A stretch of DNA of 63,148 nt from positions 1 to 63,148 of the forward strand of contig JAUCBJ010003072.1 in NCBI GenBank assembly GCA_032718475.1, in the 5' to 3' direction. This document shows, piece after piece, positions 1 through 11,680 of this stretch (position 1 is the first letter of the stretch; every line of letters starts with the position of its first letter). A program made the translations under genes and the position numbers. The notes beneath the pieces were generated by a model. It was not told the origin of the DNA, ran no database searches, and was given only the letters and a program-made list of their open reading frames with translations. The stretch comes from Nemertoderma westbladi (lineage: Eukaryota; Animalia; Xenacoelomorpha).

Positions 1-374
1 CATAAGCCTTTGTTCTGAGAATAATGAATAGAAAAGATAGATCTGTAATAAAAAATTGGAACACAGGCGAACTTTGGTTTGATGGTCGAAGAATAAGATA
101 CTGTAGTCTAACAGCAATGTGCTTCGCAAGCAAGATATAATAGCACTAGAGCCAGTCATTAATTACCACGACGTTTTAGCCAAAGGCTAAATTATCGACG
201 ATGGATTTCTCATAACTTACAGTTTGCTGGGTGAAATATACCAGACTAGTACAGGTAAAAGCCTTCTTATTGTGTAGGTTGTTGTTCTTTTTCATAGTGT
301 CCGCGTGTTGCCTTTTACGTATATGCATATTGCTACTAAACTAATAGGTCAAACGAGCTCGGATAAGATCCTTC

Positions 375-1292
375 CAGCCAAGCTTTCCGATTCTCCATAG
401 TTGTCGCAATTACGATTCTTCCAAGTCCAGTATTTCTTTCAAGTTGCTCTATATTTGCCAAAGCGTACAGCTGTGCTTTCCTTGTGTTGGTTGCCAGAAA
501 AGTGGGTCTATGGTATAACGTGATGTTTACTTCTCCAGCAGTGCCGACTGAATCGTAATCTGCGTTCACGGAGGGTGGTTGATACAGGTGGTATTGTACC
601 ATAAAGTTCGGCGTTTGTCATGTGTTGTCTCCAGCTGATGTTTAGGGCTGCCCTTAGTAGTCTTGTGTTGCAACCATCAATTCGTTGTTCAAGTGATTTC
701 GTCAGTGTCCCGGTCTCACCTCCGAACAAAAGTACACTTTCCACTGTCGCTCGAAAGAACTTAGTCTTCAGGTGCCTGGAGAGATCTGATTTCCAGATGG
801 TATCCATTTTTGATAGAGCTACCCAAGTCTTTGCTTTCCTAACTTCTATGTCCTTTTTGCTACTCTCTATCCATGACTCGAGGTACTGGAAGTCGTCAAC
901 CTTCCTTAGTGTGTCATCTTGGTAGCATTTATGTACAATCTAACCTCCTTAGCAGCCCTCTCCACTTTATTTAGTAGAAGCTGTGTATCTACTAGCGTAT
1001 TAGAAAGCAGGGCGATGTCATCCGCAAAGTCGGTGTCTGTGACTGTAGTTGCCGGATATCTACTACTTCTGCGTTCTTGGGGCGTGAATCCCAGATCTTC
1101 ACCCTTTGTGGCCGTCCTCATTGCGTAATCCAGCACAATTACAAACAGTAATGGTGCTGATGTGTCACCTTGCAGCAGCCACCCAGGATTGATAAGAACT
1201 CGGTTTCACCATCTGGAGAGATTACCTGGCTTTGTCTCATAATATAACAAAACAATGCCAGCGACAATTACTTTTGGTATTCTACAAGCTCT
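375..1292 (-). mobile_element. Degenerate RTE-clade non-LTR retrotransposon, reverse transcriptase C-terminal half
   Basis: Frameshifted translations give VISPDGETEF, LQGDT-APLLFVIVLDYAMR, TDFADDIALLSN (YADD motif), FRATVESVLLFGGETGTLTKSLEQRIDGC and LRERRLRFSRHCWRS, all typical of RTE-type RT. Confidence 0.9.
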
Positions 1293-1439
1293 AAGCCACG
1301 ATAACAAAGCGGCCAACTATTCTGTGAGTCCCTTACCAATGCCAATGCGACAAGGCGAGCGGACTCTCAATGGCAGATAAGCTTTGCCTTAGCGCAGTGG
1401 GTATTCAAGAGCATCGAATGTGGACTGGAGAGACTGATG

Positions 1440-1797
1440 AGCCCCCCCTCCCCTTTAATATATCCACAGACAACCGACCGACGGACAGTCTAAATTTCAC
1501 CAAATATTAAAACTGACATCGGAAATGAAATCAGCGCCCCGAAAACCCCCTTATAAATAATTTTAGCTCGGTGGTGTGCTTCCTTCATGTCAGACACTAT
1601 TAACCAACCAGACCCCATACAGGCAATTTTGCGCGGGAAAGTTTGTGCTTTGAATGATATCTCCGAATTACATTTTTTCACAAAATTATCACAAATTTTT
1701 ATTTATTTTAGTTCATTCTCTTTTCGATGGTATATAGTTTTCTATGCATTTTTCAACCACATTGCAAATAAAAACAAATTAAAAAAAACCAGGAGGG

Positions 1798-1828
<31 letters not shown>

Positions 1829-1870
1829 TTTAAGGTCATGGGGGCGGTTGGTGACTTGCCCTCAACATAT
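1440..1870. mobile_element. Probable non-autonomous interspersed repeat separating the two LINE fragments
   Basis: Non-coding stretch with an ACAGACAACCGACCGACGGACAG microsatellite-like motif, a GAAATCAGCGCCCCGAAAACCCC motif resembling non-autonomous rolling-circle elements, and a poly-C tract. Termini not defined. Confidence 0.3.
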
Positions 1871-1881
1871 GAAGTGACAAC

Positions 1882-2560
1882 GGTGGAATTGGTTTATTGA
1901 TGAATCCAACTGCACATGCAGCATTGGCCAAAATAGACCAAATCTCTAACCGCATCATCCGTTGCCACTTCTCATGTTCTGGAAGACTGGCTAAGAAGTT
2001 TCTCAAGGTGGGAAACTTGGGCAGAATGAGTCCTCGCCCTGGGTCTATAGCAATAGTGTTAACCGAAATTCTGTCCATCTTCAGGATTTTATCTCTGGAA
2101 ATGGATTGTTTTCGGCTGGAACCCAGTTCAAGAAGCGAACTGGAAAGCTATGGACTCATAGTGGACCCAGTGGTCACAAGTCCCAGATAGACCATATCCT
2201 GTTTCGTAGGAAATACAGGAGCAGTTAAGTTTATACAAGCTGCAGAAAACAGTTCCAGTATACTCTCGAAACATGAAAAAAGGCCCCCTGGACTGAACAC
2301 AGAATTCGGAAGTGCCGAAATGACCTTAAGGCGCAGAATGAGTGCCGCCGACTCGGGCACACTAGGACAGCCAAGGGTGCAGGTAAGGCTGCATCTAGGT
2401 CCTTTAACAGGCATTACTCTGATAATCTGAAGGAGCTTAGCAATAAGCAGGTTGATGCCATTAACAATGCTGATGATAGCAGGCAATCAGCACAGGCATG
2501 GAAATCAATAAACCTGCTCACTGGGAGGAAAAGCCAACCAACCACCAAGGTTAAGGCTGA
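1882..2560 (+). mobile_element. Degenerate RTE-clade retrotransposon, APE endonuclease and linker fragment
   Basis: Plus-strand frames read GIGLLMNPTAHAALAKIDQISNRII, TGKLWTHSGPSGHKSQIDHILFRRK, TEHRI (SDHR-like) and AWKSINLLTGRK, with stops and frameshifts. Confidence 0.8.
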
Positions 2561-3014
2561 ATGAACATAGTTGAAAATATAGTAATATTCTAAATTGCGA
2601 ATAACATATTACAGTTAAAAGTACGTTAACTGATACAAAATCAAACTTTACTTCCATCTAGTTTTAATTTAAAGTTTATTAAAGTTTTATTTATAAAAAT
2701 GAAAAATTTAAAACATAATAAATAAACAGAAGTACTATATATCAAATAAACCAAAGTTTGCGAATTCGAGGGTTTAAGTTGTCGCGGAAATTAGCAAAAT
2801 AAGAACAACAATTGATAAACTACAGCACTGTCTATCGTAACGTAATTGTATAACGTTCGGTTCTTGCAATAGTAGTATCACTACTGTATCCAATAGTTAA
2901 TTCTAATTCGTTGCTTCATAGACTTAAATATAAAATTAATAACTAAATATCATAATTTGAAAAAAATAAGTAATGGCAGTAGCTTGCATTAAAGTAACGA
3001 CGTTAGAAAGAACT

Positions 3015-5684
3015 TTATCTTGGCGACACACCGCCATATAATCTGGAGTCATCATCGGATCTGTGGGTCTTCACTAAACTCGCCTTTTGTTGCAACATGT
3101 TTATTTGACTTCTCAACGATCTAATAGTGTCCTCCAATTCATCTTGCATCGCTAGCGGCATCATTGACTTCATTTTGTTCGCGTAATTGAACATAACCTC
3201 CGTCAGGGCCTGCTGATGATCGGCCTCTGCCTCTCTCGCATCCAACTCCAGAGTTCGGTTCTTCGTCTGAGCGAACTCCAACTCCTGCCTTAAGGCTCTC
3301 ACCTCGCGCTGCGTCTGTTTCTTCAAGGCCTCCTGCTCGACCTCATTGTGAGTGAGAGAGTCAACCAACTCGTTCTTAGTGACGCTGACTTGATCTCTCA
3401 GGCGCGTTATCTCGTCTTTTAACGATTTCTCTTTGTCCACAACCTCGTTGACTCTCTGCTTGTAATGCTCCTCCAACGAATCAACCTTATCATTGACCGA
3501 ACTCATCGCTTTATTCACGGTAACGGCGTGTTCCTCTTCCTGCCGCTGCTTCTCCCGACTAAGTTCCGTCCTCAACTCTTTGATTTCAGCCTCTCGTTCC
3601 TCCTGTAACCGACTTCTCTCCTCTTCCCTAAGGACTCCTAACTCTACCAGCTGCTGTTTCCTCAGACAGTCAGCCTCCACCAACTCCCCCTTTAGACTCG
3701 CAATGTTCCTCTGCAGACTCTCCACATGTTTATGATGCTTCGTTTTGTCCTCCACTACGCTCCTCTCCACTCCAGCCAGAGTCTCCTCCAGTTTCTCGCT
3801 GATCTCCCGAATAGCTTTCTCGTGGTTTCTCTGCGTTCTCTCGCGTTCTTTATGGAAATTGTCGAGCATCGACGTTTTCTTCTGCTCAAATTTTATTCGT
3901 TGTTCGTGGGAACTGGCCTCGTATCCCTTCTCGACGTTCCTCAACTTCCGATCGAAGTCGTGAGTCAACTTATCTCGGGATTTCTTCCCGTGTTGTATCT
4001 CGTCCCGTGATATCTCTAACTCTCTCCTGAGATTATCTATCCGCTTATTCGCTTTCTCTCGTATGTTACTCATTTCTTCGCTGTTCTCTCGAAGCAACTT
4101 CTCTCTGTGGACTTTCGACTTCTCCACAGTAACTTTGAGTTCTTTATCTTTCTCAATAATACCAACTTCCAGGCGCGCAACTGACGACCGTAAGTTCCTC
4201 TCTAAATCTTCTTTTTCCTTCTCTAATTCTAGTGTTTTCTGTTCGTGGTGATAATTTAAATGAAGTTTATCTGTATCAAAATCGTTTTGCATCTGAACAA
4301 TAAGTCTTTGTTTCTCAGAACATATTTCTTGTATATATTCGTCTTTAGCTTTGACTTCATGTTGCAACTCTTCGACTTTATTCCTAAGATCTTTCACAAC
4401 AACCTCATAATCTTTCTCTAATAAGGAGATTTTAGCCTCGAATTTAGCTCTCATTTGTTTAGTAGTTTGATCGTGGTTCTGCATAGCCTTGTAATGAGTT
4501 TCTTCCAGACTTTTACACTTTCCTTGAGCGATCTCCAGATCATTAGTAACCATCGCCATGCGGTGCTCTCCCTCCCTCTTAGCTTTATCAGCCTCAATCT
4601 CAGCCTCCTTGTACTTCATCGCTTGTTGTTCCATACCTTTAATTTTACTCTCCAATTCTGTTATGACGCCACTCAAGCTCTTTTGATGCCCTAAATATTC
4701 CTCCTCCATCCGCTGTAACCGACTATTAGTTTCCCCAACAACATGACTAAGATCCTCCTTGTGACTTCTACTCAACTCCCTATTCTCCCCTTGCAATCTT
4801 CTCTCCAACTCTTCCATCAGTTTATCATGTTTCTCCCTGATCTCACGTTTTTCTTCCTCACACCTGCCCCTCGTCTCAACCACCTGTTTCTCAGCCGATT
4901 GCCTCATATTATCACCCTCCGTTACCAACTCTCGTAATTTTCCTTCCAGCTCAACTATCGTTTGCTCCGTAGAAAATACTTTTTTATTATAATCATCTTT
5001 CATTTTATCCAACTCTTCGTTTTTCCTTCTCAATATTTTTTGAACTTCTCCGTCTAAAAACTGCTGCATTTTGATACGTTCTTCATGGAGTTTCGACTGC
5101 CAGTGGAGATCCTCATTGCCCGGGGCGCTGTGGTTGCTATGACTACGAGGACGCTCCTGGTAGGGGGGCAACGGGACGTGCGTATACTGAGGCGCCGCAG
5201 AGGAGAACTGAGACGCCGAATAACTCGATCGATGGGATAATTCCGTGGAGTTTTGGAACACGAGTCTCTCTTCGGCGGAGTCTCCGCCACCGATGTGACG
5301 TTGCCATAGTTCGTGCTCCACCCAATCGGGTGCCGGTTTGCTGGTGTCTATCCCCGGGTTGGCCAGTCCGTAATGAGACTCGAGCGGGGGCGGCCCGACT
5401 AACCGCTTCGGTAGACTGGGCAGCAGTCCGGGGGTGGGGCGCGCGAGGAAGGGGCCTTCAAACTGCCCACGACGCAGCATCGCAAGCAGGGCGGACGCGT
5501 GTTGGTTACGGGTTAACCGACTGGTTATTCCCGCTGGCAGCGGTTCGCAGAGTTTTTTCACCCAGAGAGCGGCGCGCTGTCGCTCTGTTTGGTCCGTTAG
5601 TCCAAGGACGTACGGCTTCAAATCAACCAAATATTTGTCGAAAACATTGTCGAGATTGTCAACATCCCGCACATACTCAGCCAT
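3015..5684 (-). CDS. CEP112: Centrosomal protein of 112 kDa-like (N-terminal DUF4485-type domain plus long coiled coil), single coding exon
   Basis: 889-aa ORF. N-terminus LDNVFDKYLVDLKPYVLGL..ERQRAALWVKKLCEP..RNQHASALLAML..GPF and C-terminal RKQQLVELGVLREEE and LEDTIRSLRSQINMLQQKA resemble CEP112 as I recall it. Confidence 0.85.
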   Translation of the reverse strand: MAEYVRDVDNLDNVFDKYLVDLKPYVLGLTDQTERQRAALWVKKLCEPLPAGITSRLTRNQHASALLAMLRRGQFEGPFLARPTPGLLPSLPKRLVGPPPLESHYGLANPGIDTSKPAPDWVEHELWQRHIGGGDSAEERLVFQNSTELSHRSSYSASQFSSAAPQYTHVPLPPYQERPRSHSNHSAPGNEDLHWQSKLHEERIKMQQFLDGEVQKILRRKNEELDKMKDDYNKKVFSTEQTIVELEGKLRELVTEGDNMRQSAEKQVVETRGRCEEEKREIREKHDKLMEELERRLQGENRELSRSHKEDLSHVVGETNSRLQRMEEEYLGHQKSLSGVITELESKIKGMEQQAMKYKEAEIEADKAKREGEHRMAMVTNDLEIAQGKCKSLEETHYKAMQNHDQTTKQMRAKFEAKISLLEKDYEVVVKDLRNKVEELQHEVKAKDEYIQEICSEKQRLIVQMQNDFDTDKLHLNYHHEQKTLELEKEKEDLERNLRSSVARLEVGIIEKDKELKVTVEKSKVHREKLLRENSEEMSNIREKANKRIDNLRRELEISRDEIQHGKKSRDKLTHDFDRKLRNVEKGYEASSHEQRIKFEQKKTSMLDNFHKERERTQRNHEKAIREISEKLEETLAGVERSVVEDKTKHHKHVESLQRNIASLKGELVEADCLRKQQLVELGVLREEERSRLQEEREAEIKELRTELSREKQRQEEEHAVTVNKAMSSVNDKVDSLEEHYKQRVNEVVDKEKSLKDEITRLRDQVSVTKNELVDSLTHNEVEQEALKKQTQREVRALRQELEFAQTKNRTLELDAREAEADHQQALTEVMFNYANKMKSMMPLAMQDELEDTIRSLRSQINMLQQKASLVKTHRSDDDSRLYGGVSPR

Positions 5685-6388
5685 TTCTAGCGTTTTTATA
5701 TAATTCGTATAAATTAAAAGACGTTATCTCATATATTGATAGTTGTTATTATAATAGGTATTTTATTATAATGTTATATATAAATATAACATAATCAAGT
5801 GTGAATGGGTGTGGTACAGCCACGTACAAATGTTAGTTAATTTCATTGTCGGCATGTTTAGGCAGACAGTTCTTATTGACATAAAAGCTTTCAAGATTCA
5901 AAGACTGGCGACCAGAACTGCAGAAGCCCTTACCAAATACTTTAATAAAGCTAATTAAATGGCATACAATATTAAATAGGCTTAATGTCGGCATGGATAT
6001 TATTATATGGTTTCGTCAGGCCAATTATAGGCCTATCTAATCCCAAATTAAGGTTACTGAAGGAACGTTAATAAGTTTTTTTTACAACACTACTGGCTGG
6101 TAAAAAACCGACAAAATCCAAAATGGCAATAATTACCGGTATGGTGTACAAAAGTTAATTTTGGGGTCCACTAATCTGATATGCGGTGCGTGCCGTACCG
6201 GTAGCATAAATGTGTTACAGTATAATTTATTATAAGAATAAGACAATTTCGAAATTTGAAAGGGTCACACACTTAAAAAAACGGAATGTGTAATTATAAC
6301 AACAACAGCAAAGTTCAATATTTTTAGTATTTATAGTTCTGTACAGATCAATATAATCAGCTGATTTTGTGTACAGCAAAGCATGGTG

Positions 6389-6401
6389 GTTGCTAGGAAA
6401 C
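6389..6401. promoter_or_regulatory. RFX X-box
   Basis: GTTGCTAGGAAAC matches the X-box consensus and lies between two divergent ciliary genes. Confidence 0.65.
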
Positions 6402-7043
6402 ATCACCATGGCCGGATCTTCACAAGTGAATAAAACAACTTATTAAAATAAAAGGCCGTGTAGTAAAAAAAAATGTACTCCAATCTTACTGGACTGTGAC
6501 TGTTGCTGTTGGCATTGGCCCTGGCATACCATTGGAAAGTGGATAAACACACGTCATACAAAACTGCAACGGAACAGGTTCATTTATAAATTATTATTAC
6601 GGACAATAACAGAGTAGGCCTACAATTAATAGTTGCAGACTATTCTACCCAAAACAATAAAGAGAAAGTGAAGAACACATTGATTGCATTTGAATGTTTT
6701 CTCGTGGAAATTTAAGTAAATGAGAAGGATACAGCGACCAAATTTTAATATAAAAAAGTTCGAAGCTACAAGCTTATCTAAATTACTGTATGACACCCCA
6801 TACAAACAAAACCACCGCGCTCCGCTAAATAATTTGATCTAAATTAATTTGTGTTTTTCAACAGAGTTATAATTTTTCAGAAGTTGATTATCTCCGGTTG
6901 ATGCGATTGGTAACCTATAGTAAACAATTAATTAAATATTGAGCTTTTGATGTTTATATGTTAAATTGTTTGGCTCATTGCTGCTCATTCGATTCATTCC
7001 AAGTGGTGTATTTTCTACACTTTAGTAACTTTAATAGCGAAAT

Positions 7044-7475
7044 TATACACGGAGATGGTGTTATATTATGGCGTAGCACTAATAGGACTAACTAATAACT
7101 TTAGCCAGGCCCCATTTTGGATTAATCATGTGTTTCGTGTAGCCAGTATCCATAACACACATGTCACCTTGACAACGTGTAACTGCTGATTTGCTGGTAT
7201 CCTGTTGGCTACAACAAGGTATTCCAGGTTACAGTACAATACCATGCGTGATTACCATTGTCGGTTTACTGCTCTGCTGCCAGTTTGCTCTCAGAATGCA
7301 GGATCGCCTTGTCCCGCGCTACTCCCACCACAAATATAGCCCTGGCACCCTAGTGGGATCCACCTTAACTCCTTGCACCTGCATGCGGAGGAGGGGGGCT
7401 TTACCATGGCAAACGTTAGACAGTGACAAAGTGACACCGATGCAGAGCAATTTTTAAGTACCTTCACCGTGTATA
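7044..7475. mobile_element. MITE-like element with short terminal inverted repeats
   Basis: TATACACGGAGATGGT (7044-7059) versus ACCTTCACCGTGTATA (7460-7475): 14/16 inverted match including terminal TA dinucleotides. Confidence 0.5.
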
Positions 7476-8047
7476 ATATTGTTTGGAAACATTTGCAATG
7501 TTGACTTTATGTTTGTTTACCATCACATTGACAATAATACAATTGTTTTTCAAAAATTGTTTGTTAAAATAATTTTCTTCATGCGCAAAATTATTTTGAA
7601 ACATTTTAATTACCGGTAATTAAAACCGTTCTGTAACAACATACAGTAGTAGTACTGAACTGTTGGAGCCTTGGTTCTTAGGCTTCTTACTATACTAAAC
7701 AGTACAGTATAACAAGCTTTTTTTGTTAATTATTATTCATATTATATATTAAAGTGTATCACTGTTGCATGTTGCAATATAATAAAGCCGTTAAAATACG
7801 GTATAAATGTTATCATACAGTAGTATTACAATAATTAATAGTACATTTAGAGTTACTGTATATTAATTGTAAACGCAATTAATTATTACAACAGCCATGA
7901 CTATAATATTACAGTAAGACAATAATAAGTCATAATAAGGTATATCTTTAAGTTACAAGTATTATTTCTTAATAATTGAGTTATAAAGCCGGCTTAAACT
8001 GTCAATGTTAATAAACTTCTGAGGTTGCCAGCGTTTCTAAGCCGCCT

Positions 8048-8094
8048 CTGATTGGTCCTGTTCGCAGAGATAGGCTAACAACCACCATAGCAAC
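8048..8094 (+). promoter_or_regulatory. CCAAT box plus X-box-like site upstream of the CFAP95-like exon
   Basis: CTGATTGGTC (8048-8057) and CCACCATAGCAAC (8082-8094) lie ~100-140 bp upstream of ATG 8192. Confidence 0.5.
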
Positions 8095-8191
8095 GGGAAT
8101 GCCAGTTTCTGGCACTGAGAGAGTTCGAAGAGACAAACGATCCTCGAGATCCCATTCGGTACCTTCCCCGAGAAACTCTACGCGCCCAGCG

Positions 8192-8511
8192 ATGTCTGCG
8201 TCGGTAGCCATACCGCAGGTTCGGGAACGGGCCGGCACGCTAACATTACGCACGGACCACAAACAGTACAGCCCCAGGGTGCTGGTCTCCAACTGGCATC
8301 AGGTGCGGGAAGCCGAGCCCAGGGACTACGATTTTAGCTCCTCGCTCGAGAAAAATCTCCGGAAATCCTCTTATAAAAGGATCGCAGACGGTCGAGATGG
8401 CGAATTCCGGACAACTGCCCAGGAGCAAATGGAGCAAATACTCCATAAAGAGGAGCCACCGAAGGATACTCACCTCGTGAACGCCGGATTTAGTGTTTGC
8501 AACGATACCAG
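8192..8511 (+). CDS. CFAP95: First coding exon of cilia- and flagella-associated protein 95 (C9orf135)-like gene
   Basis: ERAGTLTLRTDHKQYSPRVLVSNWHQVREAEPRDYD..SSYKRI resembles the C9orf135 [36 protein letters not shown] motif as recalled. The GC-rich exon ends at a candidate donor CAG|GTTGGT (8512), after which composition becomes AT-rich. Confidence 0.7.
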
Positions 8512-8813
8512 GTTGGTAAACAATTTATATAATAGTTTCAGAAGAGACTTGCGTTGTGTTTATTTGGAATATTTTGTATCTGTTTACCGAAGTCCAAAAG
8601 GGACATTTTAAAGTAAATTTTACGGTACATAAGTTGTGAGGAAACCAGTATCTTTGTGAGTACAAGATAGAAAAAAAATTATTATTATAATTAATTATAA
8701 ATTATAATTAAAACTAAAATTATTATATTTTAAAAATTTATTTTTTTCAATTCTACTGTATTTAGGGGACCTGTACTATAATTTGTGTCAGTGTGGCAAT
8801 TAATTAGTATAAG

Positions 8814-9066
8814 TTTGTACCTGGTCGCACTTTTTGTAAATTTGTACCTGGTCGCACTTTTTGTGAATTTGTACCTGGTCGCACTTTTTGTAAATTTGTA
8901 CCTGGTCGCACTTTTTGTAAATTTGTACCTGGTCGCACTTTTTGTAAATTTGTACCTGGTCGCACTTTTTGTAAATTTGTACCTGGTCGCACTTTTTGTA
9001 AATTTGTACCTGGTCGCACTTTTTGTAAATTTGTACCTGGTCGCACTTTTTGTAAATTTGTACCTG
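8814..9066. repeat. 27-bp minisatellite, ~9 copies
   Basis: Unit TTTGTACCTGGTCGCACTTTTTGTAAA is repeated nearly perfectly. Confidence 0.95.
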
Positions 9067-9521
9067 CTGTAAAACATTTAGTTTAGTTTTTTTCACTATG
9101 GCGGTTTGTATAGTTTGTGTTCTACTGTACCTGTGTATCAGATAGTGTGATTGAGTGCCATGTAATGAGGATTTACCTCATTGTGTGAAGAAAAGTATCA
9201 CTTTTCAACGTTATGATCTAAATGAATTCACAGTATATAATACCAAGCAGCTCAACGGGGGTGGTTGACAAACATAAATAGTAATGAGTCTTTAACTCTG
9301 AAAAGAGTAATTTTAATGCAATAATTGTTTACTTAAATTATATTAAAATAATTTATAGTTAACTTCGGAGTGTTAAAAACTTGATGGTCTGGCTGCAACC
9401 GGAGAGCCCAAGGCTCGACAGAGAATTATTAGGTATAGATACTGCAGCCTATTTAACGGAACATAGAACCCACCATCAACACCAACTTCAAACCTCATAA
9501 TTTACTATATATAGCTAACTG

Positions 9522-10075
9522 ACAAGAAGTAGGCACTTTGCTTTGATCTTTTTTAGGTCGATTTTTAAAGGATTTTTCCAGGAGAACGGCGAAAGCTAGA
9601 ACGATTCTGTTTGCGCGATCTGGTAGATGGCCCTAGCGCGATAGCTAGGAGTTTTTGTGGAAAAAATCTGTTAATTAATTAATTAGTAATTAGCGATTAA
9701 AGATTTCTAATTGATTTTTCTCGAAAAGTATTTGGTTTTTCCCCTAGCAACGGTGTTTTTTTTTGTTCATCTCGGTAAGATCTAAAAAAAGTTCAGTCAT
9801 CGCTATGGCCCTCCTATTACTGTTAATTAGTACTAATTAGCCGAAAACTAATTAGCGTCGTAACTCGAAAACACTAAGAGCTATGAAAAAACGTAACATC
9901 ACAAAGTTGTTCGGAATTTTATTCTACACAAAAAAGTCTCTGGCACCGATGCCGTATCTCCTACCGTTAATTAGTAATTAACTAATTACTTAATTACCTA
10001 ATTGGCGGGGGGGCTTTGTCCCCCCCGCCCCCAAATCCTTATTCACAAGGTGTATCAAAGCGGTTTACTATTTTA
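9522..10075 (-). mobile_element. Non-autonomous Helentron-associated (HINE-like) element
   Basis: Subterminal inverted GCTTTGAT (~9540) / ATCAAAGC (~10054), short AAGT-AGGC-ACTT hairpin next to an ACAAG terminus, and an internal GGGGGGG-CTTTGT-CCCCCCC hairpin. Confidence 0.4.
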
Positions 10076-11226
10076 CAAATGATAATTACTCTAAAATCTT
10101 TTGAATCAAACTAATTAACGATTTTACTAATTAGTAAAGTTCCCCAAATTAATTAATAATTTATCCAATCCTGCTGCAATTAATTAAACTGCTGAGTCGT
10201 CAGCCTGGTTTGATGAACTTGATGAAATCATAAAGTCAGTAGTTGCTGTATGCCATTACTGACTAAAACTATATACCAAACACCTCTTGCCGGTAGCTAT
10301 CTCCACAGTCTGTAGTGAGCACCGGTGCAGGTATGGTAGGCCTACATGTATGGCATATATAGTGGAGGTTCTTTTGGCAGATAGGCCTAGTCAAAACGTT
10401 ACATCAGATGCCGTATTTTAGTCAAAACGTACCCTATCTTCATATAGTTGAGTATTGTCAATACAGGAATATCCAAGTACCGGGTACTCCTGTACTTAGT
10501 ATACCCATCTGCCCATGTACAGTAACTGGCTGACAGTTACCCTTAGTTTGTAGGCTATAGATGATTGACGTTTCTAGCAATGTTCTTAACGTTGGGATTT
10601 TACTGGAAGTTATTAATACCATAGTTTACCCCAAAAAAACTAAAATTACCCAAATCGCACCAAATCAAAATAAATCTTATAACAGCAACACGGGCTATCT
10701 GACGATATGGATTAGATCAATGTAGCGGATAGTGACCATTGAAGGGCTTCTTATGCATGCAAAGGAAAATATGATCAGACCCAAATCACACAGTCAGACC
10801 TGATCTTTTGCTGATCAAATACCGGTAGGTGACTTTGCTGATATGCAGTAACATTTTACGGTACAATTTGATGCGAAAATGTTTTGGCCAGTACTCTGAA
10901 CCTTCCATTGGGGTCCCAGGTCACGCGCCTACCGTGGTCACTGTATCTGGCACCTGATTGGCTATAATATTCAAACGCTGAAAACTTACCTAGGCCTTGA
11001 CAATTAGTGATAAGATTTTATGCGAATATGTTTTGGATGGTGTTCTGAATCTCGCGTTGAGGTCCCAAGTCACCCCCATACCGTGGTCATCAGATACGGC
11101 GCCTGATTGGCTAATTCTTTGAACGACGATAACTCGAGTTTGCTTCACTTTGGGATGAAGTTTGAAGGCTAGGAATATTCTCTGGATGATGCCCCAACTC
11201 ACTGATGATGTTTCATAGCTGTGACG

Positions 11227-11680
11227 ATGAGTTTAACTGGTGCATCGACTCTGCATACGAATTATCGAGCATGGCAATGAGTTTAACCACTGCGTCAACT
11301 CAGCGTACGAATTATCCTCCGTGTCAATGAGTTTAACCGCTGCATCGACGCCGCGTACGAATTATCCTCCGTGGAAATGAGTTTAACCGCTGCGTCGATG
11401 CCGCGTACGAATTATCCTCCGTGTAAATGAGTTTAACCCCTGCGACGACACCGCGTACAAACTATCCTCCGCGACAATGAGTTTAACCGCTGCGACGACG
11501 CCGCGTTTGAATTATTGATCGTGGCAATGAGTTTAACCACTGCGACGACGCCGCATACGAATTATTGATCGTGGAAATGAGTTTAACCGCTGCGACGACG
11601 CCGCGTACGAATTATTGATCGTGGAAATGAGTTTAACCACTGCATCGACTACACGACACGTACAAATTATTGACCGCGCC
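11227..11680. repeat. 50-bp CpG-rich tandem repeat, ~9 copies
   Basis: ATGAGTTTAACCGCTGCGACGACGCCGCGTACGAATTATCCTCCGTGG-type unit recurs every 50 bp. Confidence 0.9.

Noticed and set aside
8099-8191. N-terminal extension of the CFAP95-like ORF from ATG 8099
   Set aside because: It starts immediately beside the promoter motifs and shows no recognisable homology; ATG 8192 is preferred, though not proven.
8730-9096. Four short repetitive ORFs
   Set aside because: Translations of the 27-bp minisatellite.
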